Shown: piece after piece, positions 29,241-39,132 of the stretch
How the letters are laid out: each line of letters begins with the position of its first letter
How positions within the stretch are numbered: the stretch's first letter is position 1
Assembly: GCA_963784645.1 (NCBI GenBank)
Contig: CAWARY010000018.1
Span: 121,378-185,377 of the forward strand
Reading direction: 5' to 3'
Length of the DNA stretch: 64,000 nucleotides
Origin: an uncultured Actinomycetota bacterium
GTDB lineage: Bacteria > Actinomycetota > Actinomycetes > JACCUZ01
Position numbers and translations under genes: made by a program
Notes under the pieces: model-generated
Databases searched by the model: none
Told to the model about the DNA's origin: nothing
What the model saw: only the letters and a program-made list of their open reading frames with translations

Positions 29241-29768
29241 ATGTCCGTGCCCGTTCCGTCCCCGCCGGACCGCGCCGACCCGATCGAGGTCGACCCGGCG
29301 TCGTTCCGGCGCGCCGTCGGGCAGTTCGCGACCGGTGTGACCGTCTGCACCACCCGGGTCGGCAACCTCGACCACGCCATGACTGCCAGCGCGTTCACGT
29401 CGGTGTCGCTGGAGCCGTTGCTCGTGCTGGTCTGCGTCGACAAGGAGGCCCGGTTCCGCGACGCCGTGGTCGAGGCCGGCACCTGGGCGGTGTCGATCCT
29501 CTCGGCCGACGGTCGCCGCGCCGCCGACTGGTTCGCGACCAAGGGCCGGCCCCTCGTCGGCCAGCTGGACCGCTACCCGCACCACCGTGGACACACCGGC
29601 GCGCCACTGCTCGACGGCGCCCTCGCCTGGGTCGAGTGCCGGACCGAGGCGCTCTACGACGGCGGGGACCACGACATCGTCCTCGGCGAGGTCCTCACGG
29701 TGGCCGAGGGCGACCGCGACGCCGATGCGCTGCTCTACCACCGCAGCCGCTACGGCCGGACCACCTGA
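29241..29768 (+). CDS. Flavin reductase-domain protein (NAD(P)H:FMN oxidoreductase, HpaC-like)
   Basis: 175 aa. FRRAVGQFATGVTVCTT...MTASAFTSVSLEPLLVLVCV...GGDHDIVLGEV. Confidence 0.85.
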   Translation: MSVPVPSPPDRADPIEVDPASFRRAVGQFATGVTVCTTRVGNLDHAMTASAFTSVSLEPLLVLVCVDKEARFRDAVVEAGTWAVSILSADGRRAADWFATKGRPLVGQLDRYPHHRGHTGAPLLDGALAWVECRTEALYDGGDHDIVLGEVLTVAEGDRDADALLYHRSRYGRTT

Positions 29769-29773
29769 CGCCG

Positions 29774-31558
29774 GTGGTCGGACGGCTCACCGGCGCGCTG
29801 GCCGGTCGCCCGCCCGCGCGCCGGGCCCTGGTCCTGGTGGGCGGGCTCCTCGGGCTCGTCGGCATCGCCTGGGTCGGCTTGTACGTCGCCGCCGGCACGG
29901 GAATCTCGACGGGCACCACCGTGCTCGGCGTCCCGATCGGCGGGCAGTCCCGGGCGCAGGCCGTGGCCACCCTCGAGCGCGAGCTGGCCGACGAGGTCGC
30001 AGCGCCGATCCCGGTCAGTGCCGGCGGCCAGCAGGCGCGGGTGCGGCCGTCGAGGGCAGGGCTGTCGCTCGACGTCGACGCGACCGTCGCCGCCGCCCGG
30101 GCCCGCAGCTGGAACCCGCTCGACCTGCTCGACGCGATCCGCGGCGGCAGCGCGGTGACGCCGGTGCCCGCGGTCGACCGCTCGGCGCTGCGGGCAGCCG
30201 TCGACCGGCTCGCATCCGATGTCGACCGGCCCCGCACCGAGGGGTCCATCCGGCTCGGGGCGGCCGGCAAGGTCACGCCGGTGCGCCCCGTCGACGGGCT
30301 GCGGTTGCGCCGCGACCGGGCGGTGGACGCCCTCGCGGCCGCGTACCTGGGCGACTACCTCACTGGTGACGGCCGGGTGGCGCTCCCGACCGCGAAGGAC
30401 AGCCCCGACGTGTCGGCTGCCGCACTGACCCGCGCCGCCGAGGAGGTGGCGGTACCGGCGACCTCCGGCGACCTCACCGTCACGGTGGAGGGTACGCAGG
30501 TTGTGCTCACCCCTCGCGACATCGCAGCCGCGCTCACCTTCGACGGTGACGGGAAGGGCTCGCTGCAGCCGGTGCTCGACGGCGAGTCGCTGCACGCGGC
30601 GGTCTCCGACGACCTGGTCGACGTCGAGACGCCGGCAGTCGACGCGACCTTCCGGATCCGTGGTGGCACGCCGGTCGTCGTGCCGTCGCGGCAGGGCCGG
30701 GAAGTGCTGCCGGCGACCTTGGCCTCGGCGGTGCTACCGGCCCTCACGCGATCGGGCCCGGCGCGAACCGTCACGGTGCCGCTCGAGCCCAGCGAGCCCG
30801 CGGTCACGACCGAGGTCGCGCAGGGCCTGGGAGTGGCAGAGCGGGTCGCCACCTACACGACGTACTACCCGTCGGACTTCCCGCCGCGGCTGCAGAACAT
30901 CCACCGCGCGGCGGACCTCATGAACCGCACGCTGCTGCTGCCGGGGCAGGTCTTCAGCCTCAACAAGACGGTGGGGGAGCGCACCGAGGCCCGCGGCTTC
31001 GCGGCGGGCTTCATCATCAACAACGGCAAGCTCGAGGTCGACTTCGGCGGCGGCGTCTCGCAGCTCGCGACGACGACCTTCAACGCGGCGTACTTCGCCG
31101 GGCTCGAGATCGTCGAGCACAACCCGCACAGCTTCTACATCAGCCGCTACCCCGAGGGTCGCGAGTCGACGATCGCGTGGGGCTACAAGGACCTGCGGTT
31201 CCGCAACGACTCGCCCCACGGCGTGTTCGTCACGACGTCGTACACGAACAGCTCGATCACCGTGTCGATCTACGGCACGAAGCGGTACCGGATCGAGTCG
31301 GTCAAGGGGCCGCGCTACGACCCGAGGCCGTTCGAGGTCGTCGCCGACCCGCGGCCGCCCGGAACGACGCCCGGGACCTGCGTGGCGACCTCCGGCGTCG
31401 CCGGGTTCCGGGTCGTCGTGACGCGGATCTTCTACCGGCACGGCGAACAGCTGAAGACCGAGGAGTTCCGGACCAGGTACGAGCCGGAGAACGAGGTCCG
31501 CTGCGGCTCGTCCGGACCGAAGCCGAAGCCGACACCCACGCCGTCGAAGTCCGGCTGA
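29774..31558 (+). CDS. VanW-family protein with N-terminal TM anchor
   Basis: GTG at 29774 (start uncertain). TM LVLVGGLLGLVGIAWVGLYV. VanW core ..RLQNIHRAADLMNRTLLLPGQVFSLNKTVGERTEARGFAAGFII...GGGVSQLATTTFNAAYFAGL. Confidence 0.8.
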   Translation: MVGRLTGALAGRPPARRALVLVGGLLGLVGIAWVGLYVAAGTGISTGTTVLGVPIGGQSRAQAVATLERELADEVAAPIPVSAGGQQARVRPSRAGLSLDVDATVAAARARSWNPLDLLDAIRGGSAVTPVPAVDRSALRAAVDRLASDVDRPRTEGSIRLGAAGKVTPVRPVDGLRLRRDRAVDALAAAYLGDYLTGDGRVALPTAKDSPDVSAAALTRAAEEVAVPATSGDLTVTVEGTQVVLTPRDIAAALTFDGDGKGSLQPVLDGESLHAAVSDDLVDVETPAVDATFRIRGGTPVVVPSRQGREVLPATLASAVLPALTRSGPARTVTVPLEPSEPAVTTEVAQGLGVAERVATYTTYYPSDFPPRLQNIHRAADLMNRTLLLPGQVFSLNKTVGERTEARGFAAGFIINNGKLEVDFGGGVSQLATTTFNAAYFAGLEIVEHNPHSFYISRYPEGRESTIAWGYKDLRFRNDSPHGVFVTTSYTNSSITVSIYGTKRYRIESVKGPRYDPRPFEVVADPRPPGTTPGTCVATSGVAGFRVVVTRIFYRHGEQLKTEEFRTRYEPENEVRCGSSGPKPKPTPTPSKSG

Positions 31559-31569
31559 CCCGCGACTGG

Positions 31570-32946
31570 TCAGGACACGACCGGGGAGGTCGGGCTCCGG
31601 TGCCGGCCCGCCACGGCGGCCCGGACCTGCTCGGACAGGTCGGTGAGCCGGGACAGCTCGACCTCGTCGAAGTCCTGCCGCCCGGCCGTCCGGTCCAGCC
31701 GCTCGAGCTGTCCGGTCACCGCGGCCCGGTGCCGCGGGAGCCGGGCGGTCCAGGCCACCTCCGCGAGCAGCGCGTACAGCCGGGCGAGCACGTCCGGGTC
31801 GGCGGCGCCGTAGCGGCGCGGGGCCGAGACCGCCAGGTCCAGCAGGTCGGCGAAGTCCGGCCGGTAGCGGTAGACGCGCGGCCGCTGCTCGTCGTCCACG
31901 AGCACGTCCGGGCCGAGGGCCAGCGAGCTGTACGTGCCCAGCAGCGCGGCGCTGTGCCCGAGGGCCCGGACGGCGGTGCGAGGGTCGTTGATGCCCGGCG
32001 AGAGGGCCTTGCTCGCCACGTCGGTGATCTGCTTGAGGCCGAACCCGACGTCCTGCGACGCGGTCGGCTCGTGGCTGATCGTGAGGGCCTGCTCGAGTGC
32101 GACAGCCAGGTCGTCCATCTCCGGAGTGCCAGCGGGGGCGTCAGCTGCGTCCCACCGCCAGCCCACCGGCGTGCCGGCCACGATCGAGCTGCCCGGCGCG
32201 CGCTCGAGCAGGAGGACGCTGCCGGTGTCGACCGCCAGCCGGAGCAGCCGGGCGCCGTCGACCGAGACGAGGAAGCCCGAGTCCGCCGCCAGCAGCGGCT
32301 CGGCTCCCGCCGGCGGGACGGGCAGGACGACCGCGTCGCCGGCGCCCTCCCGCGGACCGAGGAACCGGCCCGCATCGTCCTCGGCCTGCGCGTGGACCCG
32401 TCGCAGCATCGTCTCGACCCGGATCTCGCCTGCCAGGTGCGACAGGAACAGCACCAGGCCCAGGACGCTGGCCAGCGCGAGCAGCAGCGCGAGCGTGACC
32501 GCGACCTGGGGCACGAACCCCGGGGTGCTCGACGCCTCGGTGCGGACGGTGCGCAGCACCGTGAGCGAGTAGACGAACGTCGCGACGAACAACGCCAGGG
32601 TGACGTGCACGAACCGGTCCGAGCTGAAGGTGCGCAGCAGCCGGGGGGAGAACTGGCTGCTCGCGAGCTGCAGGGTGACCACGGTGAGGCTGAACGTCAG
32701 CGACGTCAGGGTCACCAGCGAGCCCGAGATGGCGCTGAGCACCGACCGCGCGGCGTCCGGGCCGCCGGTGAACAGGTAGCCGGACAGCGCATCCGGTAGG
32801 TGCTGGTCGAACCGCTGGTCCGCGTCGGGCAGGGCGACCCCGAGAACCACCGCCAGCACGAGACCGACCACGGGCAACGGCCAGATGACGCTACGGAAGG
32901 CCTCGGCGGCCGCCGTCAGTCGCTCGCGGACCGGCGTGTTCGGCAT
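31570..32946 (-). CDS. DUF2254-type membrane protein
   Basis: ATG at 32946 (MPNTPVRERL...). Four N-terminal TM helices, ..TLTSLTFSLTVVTLQLASSQFSPRLLRTF.. signature, large soluble C-terminal half. Confidence 0.7.
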   Translation of the reverse strand: MPNTPVRERLTAAAEAFRSVIWPLPVVGLVLAVVLGVALPDADQRFDQHLPDALSGYLFTGGPDAARSVLSAISGSLVTLTSLTFSLTVVTLQLASSQFSPRLLRTFSSDRFVHVTLALFVATFVYSLTVLRTVRTEASSTPGFVPQVAVTLALLLALASVLGLVLFLSHLAGEIRVETMLRRVHAQAEDDAGRFLGPREGAGDAVVLPVPPAGAEPLLAADSGFLVSVDGARLLRLAVDTGSVLLLERAPGSSIVAGTPVGWRWDAADAPAGTPEMDDLAVALEQALTISHEPTASQDVGFGLKQITDVASKALSPGINDPRTAVRALGHSAALLGTYSSLALGPDVLVDDEQRPRVYRYRPDFADLLDLAVSAPRRYGAADPDVLARLYALLAEVAWTARLPRHRAAVTGQLERLDRTAGRQDFDEVELSRLTDLSEQVRAAVAGRHRSPTSPVVS

Positions 32947-32990
32947 CGGCCTGCCCACCCCTCGTCGACGACGGCAAGAGATCCCCCGGC

Positions 32991-33944
32991 TCATCCGAGT
33001 GGTGCCGTCTCCGGGGCACGGTAGCCGTAAGGATGGTGCGTGACGTAGCCCAGCGCGTCGTAGAGGCGCAGCGCCGCGGCGTTCACGGCACGCACCTGGA
33101 GGTACGACGACGACGCACCCTGCTGCCGCGCCCAGCCGAGCAGCGTGGCCATCACCGCTGACCCGATGCGCTGCCGCCGCGCGCTCGGTGCGACGTCGAC
33201 CGACGTGACGCCGCACCAGGCACCTTCGACGGAGACCCGGCCGATGCCGACCGGCTCGTCGCCGCGGTAGAGCGTCGCGAAGCCGACCACCGGCGGCCCG
33301 GTGAGGATCGCGAGGTGGCCTGCAGTGTCGGGGTCGAGGTCGTGCATGAGCGCGCACCAGTCGCTCCCGGGCACCCGCTCGACCACGGCGCGCAGGTCGT
33401 CCCTCGGCGGCACCTGGGCGAGGACGGCCGCGACCGGCGCGACCTGCACCACCGTGACGTGCTGCCGACGCCACCCGGCCTCCTCCAGGAAGGCGTTCCA
33501 CGGCTCCACCAGGGGCAGCTGGAGCAGCGGCGGCAGGCCGCGGTCGGCGTACCACTGCGCGGTGAGCGCGAGCGCCTCGTCGACCGGGACACCGGGGTCG
33601 CCCACCGCCAGGGCCGAGTTGGCCCGGCCGGTGATGCCGCCGTGGGCGCGCCGCACCCAGTCGCCGAGCAGCTCGTGCTCGCGAGCCGGCCAGCCGGCCC
33701 AGCAGATGCGCTGCATCTGGGCCGCGGAGACGTGAGGGACCTCCCAGCCGCGCCGTGGCGTCGCCGCCGGGACCACCTTGGCGGCTGACACGGCCGATGT
33801 CGCGAAGGCCACCACCGCACCGCGCGCGAGCACCTCGAGCCGGTCGTCGGAGATCTCGAGCAGGTGCCCGAGGACGTCGGTCAGGCCACCCTCGACCTGG
33901 CGCCGCACGGACACGCGGCGTCCCACGTCACGGCTCGTGAGCAT
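32991..33944 (-). CDS. GNAT-family N-acetyltransferase (two-domain)
   Basis: ATG at 33944 (MLTSRDVGRR..). C-terminal acetyl-CoA motif ..VAPSARRQRIGSAVMATLLGWARQQGA..LQVRAVNAAALRLYDALGY. Confidence 0.7.
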   Translation of the reverse strand: MLTSRDVGRRVSVRRQVEGGLTDVLGHLLEISDDRLEVLARGAVVAFATSAVSAAKVVPAATPRRGWEVPHVSAAQMQRICWAGWPAREHELLGDWVRRAHGGITGRANSALAVGDPGVPVDEALALTAQWYADRGLPPLLQLPLVEPWNAFLEEAGWRRQHVTVVQVAPVAAVLAQVPPRDDLRAVVERVPGSDWCALMHDLDPDTAGHLAILTGPPVVGFATLYRGDEPVGIGRVSVEGAWCGVTSVDVAPSARRQRIGSAVMATLLGWARQQGASSSYLQVRAVNAAALRLYDALGYVTHHPYGYRAPETAPLG

Positions 33945-34077
33945 GTGCAACACCCCTGCGGCAACTAGTCTGCGACCGGACGGCGATACTAGGCGGGCAC
34001 CAGGTGAGCACCCGGCCCTGCCCGCAGGGGGGATCGCCCGCCGACTGGTACGACCCACGCCCGGGAGGGACCCGACT

Positions 34078-34410
34078 GTGACCTACGTCATCGCGCAGCC
34101 CTGCGTCGACCTCATCGACAAGGCCTGTATCGAGGAGTGCCCCGTCGACTGCATCTACGAGGGCAAGCGGATGCTGTACATCCACCCGGACGAATGTGTC
34201 GACTGCGGCGCCTGCGAGCCGGTCTGCCCGGTCGAGGCGATCTTCTACGAGGACGACACCCCGGAGCAGTGGAAGGACTACTACAAGGCCAACGTCGAGT
34301 TCTTCGACGACCTCGGGTCGCCCGGTGGTGCGGCAAAGATGGGGAAGATCGACAAGGACCACCCGCTCATCGCGGCCCTCCCTCCCCAGAACACCGACGC
34401 GGCGCACTGA
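34078..34410 (+). CDS. fdxA: 7Fe ([3Fe-4S][4Fe-4S]) ferredoxin
   Basis: GTG at 34078 after GGGAGGG. VTYVIAQPCVDLIDKACIEECPVDCIYEG...HPDECVDCGACEPVCPVEAIFYEDD. Confidence 0.9.
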   Translation: MTYVIAQPCVDLIDKACIEECPVDCIYEGKRMLYIHPDECVDCGACEPVCPVEAIFYEDDTPEQWKDYYKANVEFFDDLGSPGGAAKMGKIDKDHPLIAALPPQNTDAAH

Positions 34411-34418
34411 CCAGTCGC

Positions 34419-35552
34419 GTGCCCCGCGGCGCCGGTCCGGTCTCGGGACGGCTCCCGGACTTCCCCTGGGACCTGCTGGCGCCGTACGCGCGGACGGCGC
34501 GGGCACACCCCGACGGAGTGGTCGACCTGTCGGTCGGCACGCCGGTCGACCCCACTCCCGAGGTGGTGCGTGCTGCGCTCCGGGCCGCCGACGACGCCCC
34601 CGGCTACCCGCAGACGCACGGCACGCCGGCGCTGCGCGAGGCCGTCGTCGACTGGTACCACCGCCGTGGCATCCCCGGTGTCGACCCCGCGGCGGTCATG
34701 CCCACGGTCGGCTCCAAGGAGCTGGTGGCCTGGCTGCCGACGCTGCTCGGCCTCGGCCCGGGGGACGTGGTCGTGCACCCGGAGGTCGCCTACCCGACGT
34801 ACGACGTGGGCGCCCGGCTGGCCGGTGCCATCCCGGTGGCCACCGACGGCCTCACGTCGCTCGGCCCCCAGCGGGTCCGGCTGGTCTGGCTGAACAGCCC
34901 CGCCAACCCGACCGGCAAGGTCCTGCCCCTCGAGCACCTGCGCAAGGTCGTCGACTGGGCACGTGAGCGAGGCGCCGTCGTCGCGTCCGACGAGTGCTAC
35001 GCCGAGCTCGGCTGGGGCGGGTGGCAGGACTCCGGCACGCCGTCGGTGCTCGACCCGAGGGTCTGCGGCGGCAGCCACGACAACCTGCTGTCCGTCTACT
35101 CGCTGTCGAAGCGGTCCAACCTCGCCGGCTACCGGGCAGCGTTCGTCGCGGGTGACCCGGCGCTCGTGCGCGAGCTCGTCGAGGTGCGGCGGCACGCCGG
35201 CATGATCGTGCCTGCCCCGGTGCAGGCGGCCATGGTCGCGGCGCTCGGCGACGACACCCACGTCCGCGAGCAGCACGCGCGGTACGCCGCCCGGCGGCTC
35301 GTGCTCCGCGCGGCGCTGGAGGGGGCGGGCTGGCGGATCGACGGCTCGGAGGCGGGGCTCTACCTGTGGGTCACCCGTGACGAGGACTGCTGGGATTCCG
35401 TCGCGCACCTCGCCGGTCTCGGCATCCTCGCCGCCCCGGGCGCGTTCTACGGCCCGGCCGGCAGCCGGCACGTTCGGGTGGCGCTCACCGCCACCGACGA
35501 GCGGGTGGCTGCCGCCGCGCAGCGGCTGGGTGCAGCGCCCGCGGTTGCGTGA
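34419..35552 (+). CDS. dapC: N-succinyldiaminopimelate aminotransferase (class I PLP aminotransferase, Rv1178-like)
   Basis: ..LPDFPWDLLAPY...DLSVGTPVDP...YPQTHGTPALREAV...NSPANPTG...YSLSKRSNLAGYR. Sits next to the ferredoxin gene as in other actinobacteria. Confidence 0.8.
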   Translation: MPRGAGPVSGRLPDFPWDLLAPYARTARAHPDGVVDLSVGTPVDPTPEVVRAALRAADDAPGYPQTHGTPALREAVVDWYHRRGIPGVDPAAVMPTVGSKELVAWLPTLLGLGPGDVVVHPEVAYPTYDVGARLAGAIPVATDGLTSLGPQRVRLVWLNSPANPTGKVLPLEHLRKVVDWARERGAVVASDECYAELGWGGWQDSGTPSVLDPRVCGGSHDNLLSVYSLSKRSNLAGYRAAFVAGDPALVRELVEVRRHAGMIVPAPVQAAMVAALGDDTHVREQHARYAARRLVLRAALEGAGWRIDGSEAGLYLWVTRDEDCWDSVAHLAGLGILAAPGAFYGPAGSRHVRVALTATDERVAAAAQRLGAAPAVA

Positions 35553-35643
35553 CTGTCGGCTTTCGCCCTCCTGACAGGCCGCGGCTGCCTACGATCGACC
35601 TCGGACGGCGGCCGCCGGTCCGCTCGCTCCGCACGGGGGACCG

Positions 35644-36906
35644 ATGCCGTCTCGCAGCGCCCGCACCACCTTCCTCGCCCTGCTCGCCGCTGTCGCGTTG
35701 GCAGCCGGTCTGGTGGCCGTGCCGGCCGGCCCCGCCTCGGCGGCCGGCACGTACGTCGTGGTCCTGTCCGCGACCACCCCGGTGGTCACGTACGGCCAGG
35801 ACGCCCGGCTGCGCGCCGTGGTCACCGCGGGCGGTGTCCCGGCCGCCGGGGTGGGTGTGAGCCTGGACCGCACCAGCCCGACCGAGGACTCCGTCGGCTA
35901 CGGCTACACGGACGCGGCCGGCGTCGTCTCCTTCACCGACTACCAGCCCTCAGCCGGGTCGACCTACGTCGCGACCGCGGAGTTCGAGGACAGCTCCGCA
36001 CCGGTCGCGCTCGCGGTCGCGTACGCCGTGGTGCCGTTCGCGCGTGACTCGTTCTTCGATCCCACGTTGCTGTCGCCGGTGGCCGTACCGCCCGGCGGAC
36101 AGATCGTCCTGCGCGGCCGGGTCCAGCCCGTCGGGTCCACCTCGCCGCTGACGGTGGAGCAGCGCTTCGGCGCCGGCGAGTGGCAGCCCCTCGGCACCGT
36201 CCCGGTCGCTGCCGACGGCACGTTCACCCTCCCGCTCGGGAAGCGCAGCCAGGTCGGCACGTACACCGTGCGCGCGACGCACCCCGCCGAGGGTGCGCTG
36301 GTGGCCGGTGCTGGCGAGGCGACCGCGACGGTCACCGTCACCGGTACGGGGAAGCGCGCCGCCTGGCGGCCGATCGCGGGCACGAAGCGGGCGCCGGCCC
36401 GCTGGGGCACCTGCCGGATCGGCTACCAGGTGAACCCACGGCGGATGCCCGCCGCCGGGCTCACGGACCTCCGCGAGGCCATGCGTCGCGTCACCCTGGT
36501 CACCGGGATCCGGTTCCGCTACCTCGGGCGGACGTCGGTCATCCCGCGGGCCGGCTACGGCGGACCCGGTCTCAACAGGATGGTCGTCGCCTGGGCCCCG
36601 CCGGCGAAGAGCGGCGGCCTGCTCTTCGGTCCGATCGCCGGCGTGGGCGGCACCTCGCGCAGCGGGTCGCGGCTGCTGTCCGGCTACGTGCTGATGAGCT
36701 CCGACTACGCCCGCAGCGCCGAGCCGGGGTTCGGCTCGGGGGCGCCGCACGGCCTGGTCCTCATGCACGAGCTGGGGCACGTCGTCGGCCTGGACCACTC
36801 CAGCGACGCGCAGCAGATCATGGCGCCGGGTTCACCGCTGCCGGCCTCGGTGTGGGGCGCCGCCGACCTCAACGGTCTGCGCCACGTCGGCGCCCGCTGC
36901 CGCTGA
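35644..36906 (+). CDS. Secreted metzincin-type zinc metalloprotease with N-terminal Ig-like repeats
   Basis: Signal peptide MPSRSARTTFLALLAAVALAAGLVAVPAGPASA. HELGHVVGLDH (HExxHxxGxxH) followed by a Met-turn candidate QQIMAPG. Confidence 0.7.
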   Translation: MPSRSARTTFLALLAAVALAAGLVAVPAGPASAAGTYVVVLSATTPVVTYGQDARLRAVVTAGGVPAAGVGVSLDRTSPTEDSVGYGYTDAAGVVSFTDYQPSAGSTYVATAEFEDSSAPVALAVAYAVVPFARDSFFDPTLLSPVAVPPGGQIVLRGRVQPVGSTSPLTVEQRFGAGEWQPLGTVPVAADGTFTLPLGKRSQVGTYTVRATHPAEGALVAGAGEATATVTVTGTGKRAAWRPIAGTKRAPARWGTCRIGYQVNPRRMPAAGLTDLREAMRRVTLVTGIRFRYLGRTSVIPRAGYGGPGLNRMVVAWAPPAKSGGLLFGPIAGVGGTSRSGSRLLSGYVLMSSDYARSAEPGFGSGAPHGLVLMHELGHVVGLDHSSDAQQIMAPGSPLPASVWGAADLNGLRHVGARCR

Positions 36907-36910
36907 TACG

Positions 36911-37750
36911 TCAGCGGTGGTACGGGCGGCCGCTCTCGACGGCCACGTGCACGTGGTCCTTGTGCCGCAGCACCGCGTCGCCCCGGTCGGCGAAGGTCGC
37001 GCCGGGGTGCACGTAGTCGCGCCACCCGGCACCGGCCGCCCACGACGTCCAGATCCGGTCGTCGTAGATGACCGACAGCACCTGGTGGTCGGCCGCGTGC
37101 GCGAGCAGCCACTGCGCGAAGACCCAGCCGCGCCGGCGCTGCTCCGCGTCGCCGACGGGGCGGAAGAAGACGTCGACCGCGCGCCCCTCGTAGTGCGCCG
37201 ACCCGTCGACGTGGCCGCTGCGCACCCCGCCGCGGGCGAACCCGCCGGCGACGAGCGGGCCGAACACCTCGGTCCAGCCGGACCGCAGCCGGCCGGCCCG
37301 GGGTACCAGGCCGTTCGGTCCGGGCTCCTGCGGCTCGACGGGTGAGCGGGCCCACGAGCAGACCAGCCGGGACCCGCGCCGTACGCCGGCCAGCCCCGCC
37401 GCGACCTCGGCGGCCGCGGCGGGGTCGACGGCAGCCGACGTGGCGAGCACCGCCGAGGTCAGGCGCCGCGCCACCTGCTCACCGCTGTTCCGGCCGGACC
37501 GTCCCAGCTCGGCAGCGCGGGTGGTGAGCGTCTGCGCCTCCGTCCCGAGCAGCGACACGTTGCCGGAGCTGGTCGGGACCCAGCAGTCCTTGACGACCAC
37601 GGGGGACTCCGCGTGACCCGGTGCGACGCTCGCCGCCGCCGGTCCGGCGACCGGTCCGGCTGCAGGCGAGGTGCAGCCGGTGAGGGCGGCGAGCAGGGCC
37701 GCCCCGCCCGCCGCCGCACACCGTCCTCGCCACACCCGGTCGAGCCTCAC
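36911..37750 (-). CDS. Lipoprotein with a LAS/M15-like zinc-peptidase C-terminal domain (paralog 1)
   Basis: Lipobox LLAALTGC. GHVDGSAHYEGRAVD and HKDHVHV resemble the SxHxxGxAxD and HxH zinc ligands of the D-Ala-D-Ala carboxypeptidase/VanY/hedgehog fold. Confidence 0.55.
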   Translation of the reverse strand: MRLDRVWRGRCAAAGGAALLAALTGCTSPAAGPVAGPAAASVAPGHAESPVVVKDCWVPTSSGNVSLLGTEAQTLTTRAAELGRSGRNSGEQVARRLTSAVLATSAAVDPAAAAEVAAGLAGVRRGSRLVCSWARSPVEPQEPGPNGLVPRAGRLRSGWTEVFGPLVAGGFARGGVRSGHVDGSAHYEGRAVDVFFRPVGDAEQRRRGWVFAQWLLAHAADHQVLSVIYDDRIWTSWAAGAGWRDYVHPGATFADRGDAVLRHKDHVHVAVESGRPYHR

Positions 37751-37811
37751 CCACGAACCCGCGGCCCGCCAGGTCTCGTGTCCGGATCGTTGTCCGGTCT
37801 ACCGTGCCGGC

Positions 37812-38153
37812 GTGGCTGACTTCGTGATCCGTCGCTGGGACCTCGACCCTTACCCCGGCGACCAGGCGCCTCCGCACGTGCACCACGCGTCCGACGAGGC
37901 GTTCTGCGTCCTCGACGGCCGCCTCGAGGTGCTGGTGGGTGAGGAGCGTCAGGTGATCGGGGCCGGTGAGCACGTGCTCGTCCCGGCCGGCCACGTGCAC
38001 ACCTTCGCCACCGTCGGCGACGAGCCGGTGTCCGTGCTCGCGGTCATGACCGAGGAGATCGACGCTCTGGTGACCGCGCTGCACCAGGTGGCGACGCCGG
38101 CGGAGCGGGACGCGGTGTGGGCCCGGTTCCGGTCCGCGCCGGTCGCGGGCTGA
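37812..38153 (+). CDS. Cupin-domain protein
   Basis: ..PPHVHHASDEAFCVLDGRLEVLVGEERQVIGAGEHVLVPAGHVHTF.. are the two cupin motifs. GTG at 37812 (start uncertain). Confidence 0.7.
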   Translation: MADFVIRRWDLDPYPGDQAPPHVHHASDEAFCVLDGRLEVLVGEERQVIGAGEHVLVPAGHVHTFATVGDEPVSVLAVMTEEIDALVTALHQVATPAERDAVWARFRSAPVAG

Positions 38154-38186
38154 TCGGCCGAGTCCCGACCGCAGCGGCCGGGTGGG

Positions 38187-39083
38187 TCAGGTGCCGCGCG
38201 GCACGTCGACGTGCACGTGGTCCTCGTGCAGCAGCACCGGGTTGTCGGTGCTGCCGCCCGGATAGCGGTAGGTCCGCCAGCCCTGCACGGACCGGGCGGT
38301 GCTCCAGATCTCGCGGTCGAAGATGACGGTCGCCAGGTGCAGCCGCTCCGCGTGGGCCACCAGCCAGAGGGCGGTCTGCCAGCCCTCGACCGTCGACGCG
38401 GCGCTGATCGGGCGGTAGAAGACGTCGACCGCCCGGCCCTCGTAGTGCGCCGACCCTTCGACGTGGCCGTTGCTCACCCCGCCGGCCTCGAACCCGCCGA
38501 GCACCTGCTTGCCGAAGACCGCGCGCATCGCCAGTCGCACGGCATCGGCTCGCGGGGTGAGCCCGAGCTCGCCGGTGCGTTCGGCGAAGAGGTCCGGGCC
38601 GACGAGCGGGGCGACGCAGGTGAGCGCCGCTCCACGCTGCCCGAGCAGTGCCCGTGCGACGCCGCGGGAGGCCGCGTCGGACAGCGCGACGTCCGGGAGC
38701 AGCCGGTAGACGGTGCGCGCGGCCTCCGGCGAGATCTCGGTCGCCGGCCGGGCCGCGAGCGCCCGGTCCACGGCGGCGGCGACGCCGTTCTCGGTCGCAC
38801 CGATCCTGGTCCCGACCCCCGCGACGGTGGTGGCGGTCATCGCCTCGGCGGTCGTCCAGGTCAGCTGGTCGGTGCCCGTGTCGAGCGTGCAGGGCGGCCC
38901 GTCGCCCAGCCCGAGCGCCGGGCCGAGCGGTGTCCGCGTGACCAGCAGCCAGCCACCCGCGCCGAGCAGCAGCACGACGACCAACGCCGTGACCGCGAGC
39001 CGGCCACGTCGGGTCAGCCGCACGGCAGGTCCCGTCGCACCGACCCATTCTCGTGCGGCGGCACCGCTGCCGCCGCGGGCCAC
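38187..39083 (-). CDS. Membrane-anchored protein with a LAS/M15-like zinc-peptidase C-terminal domain (paralog 2)
   Basis: N-terminal TM LAVTALVVVLLLGAGGWLLV. GHVEGSAHYEGRAVD and HEDHVHV. C-terminal ~130 aa align with paralog 1, including a near-identical DNA stretch GAAGACGTCGACCGC.C..CCCTCGTAGTGCGCCGACCC. Confidence 0.55.
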   Translation of the reverse strand: MARGGSGAAAREWVGATGPAVRLTRRGRLAVTALVVVLLLGAGGWLLVTRTPLGPALGLGDGPPCTLDTGTDQLTWTTAEAMTATTVAGVGTRIGATENGVAAAVDRALAARPATEISPEAARTVYRLLPDVALSDAASRGVARALLGQRGAALTCVAPLVGPDLFAERTGELGLTPRADAVRLAMRAVFGKQVLGGFEAGGVSNGHVEGSAHYEGRAVDVFYRPISAASTVEGWQTALWLVAHAERLHLATVIFDREIWSTARSVQGWRTYRYPGGSTDNPVLLHEDHVHVDVPRGT

Positions 39084-39132
39084 GCCGACACCGCGGCCGA
39101 CGGTTCCACCTGCCGGCGTTTCCCCGCGGCGG

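Noticed and set aside
24288-29741. 1817-aa minus-strand ORF spanning the whole che-like cluster
   Set aside because: It is antisense to five well-supported plus-strand genes (MCP, CheA, REC-GAF and others). Its translation is Arg/Gly/Pro/Ala-rich with no recognisable motif. Long stop-free antisense frames are expected at this GC content.
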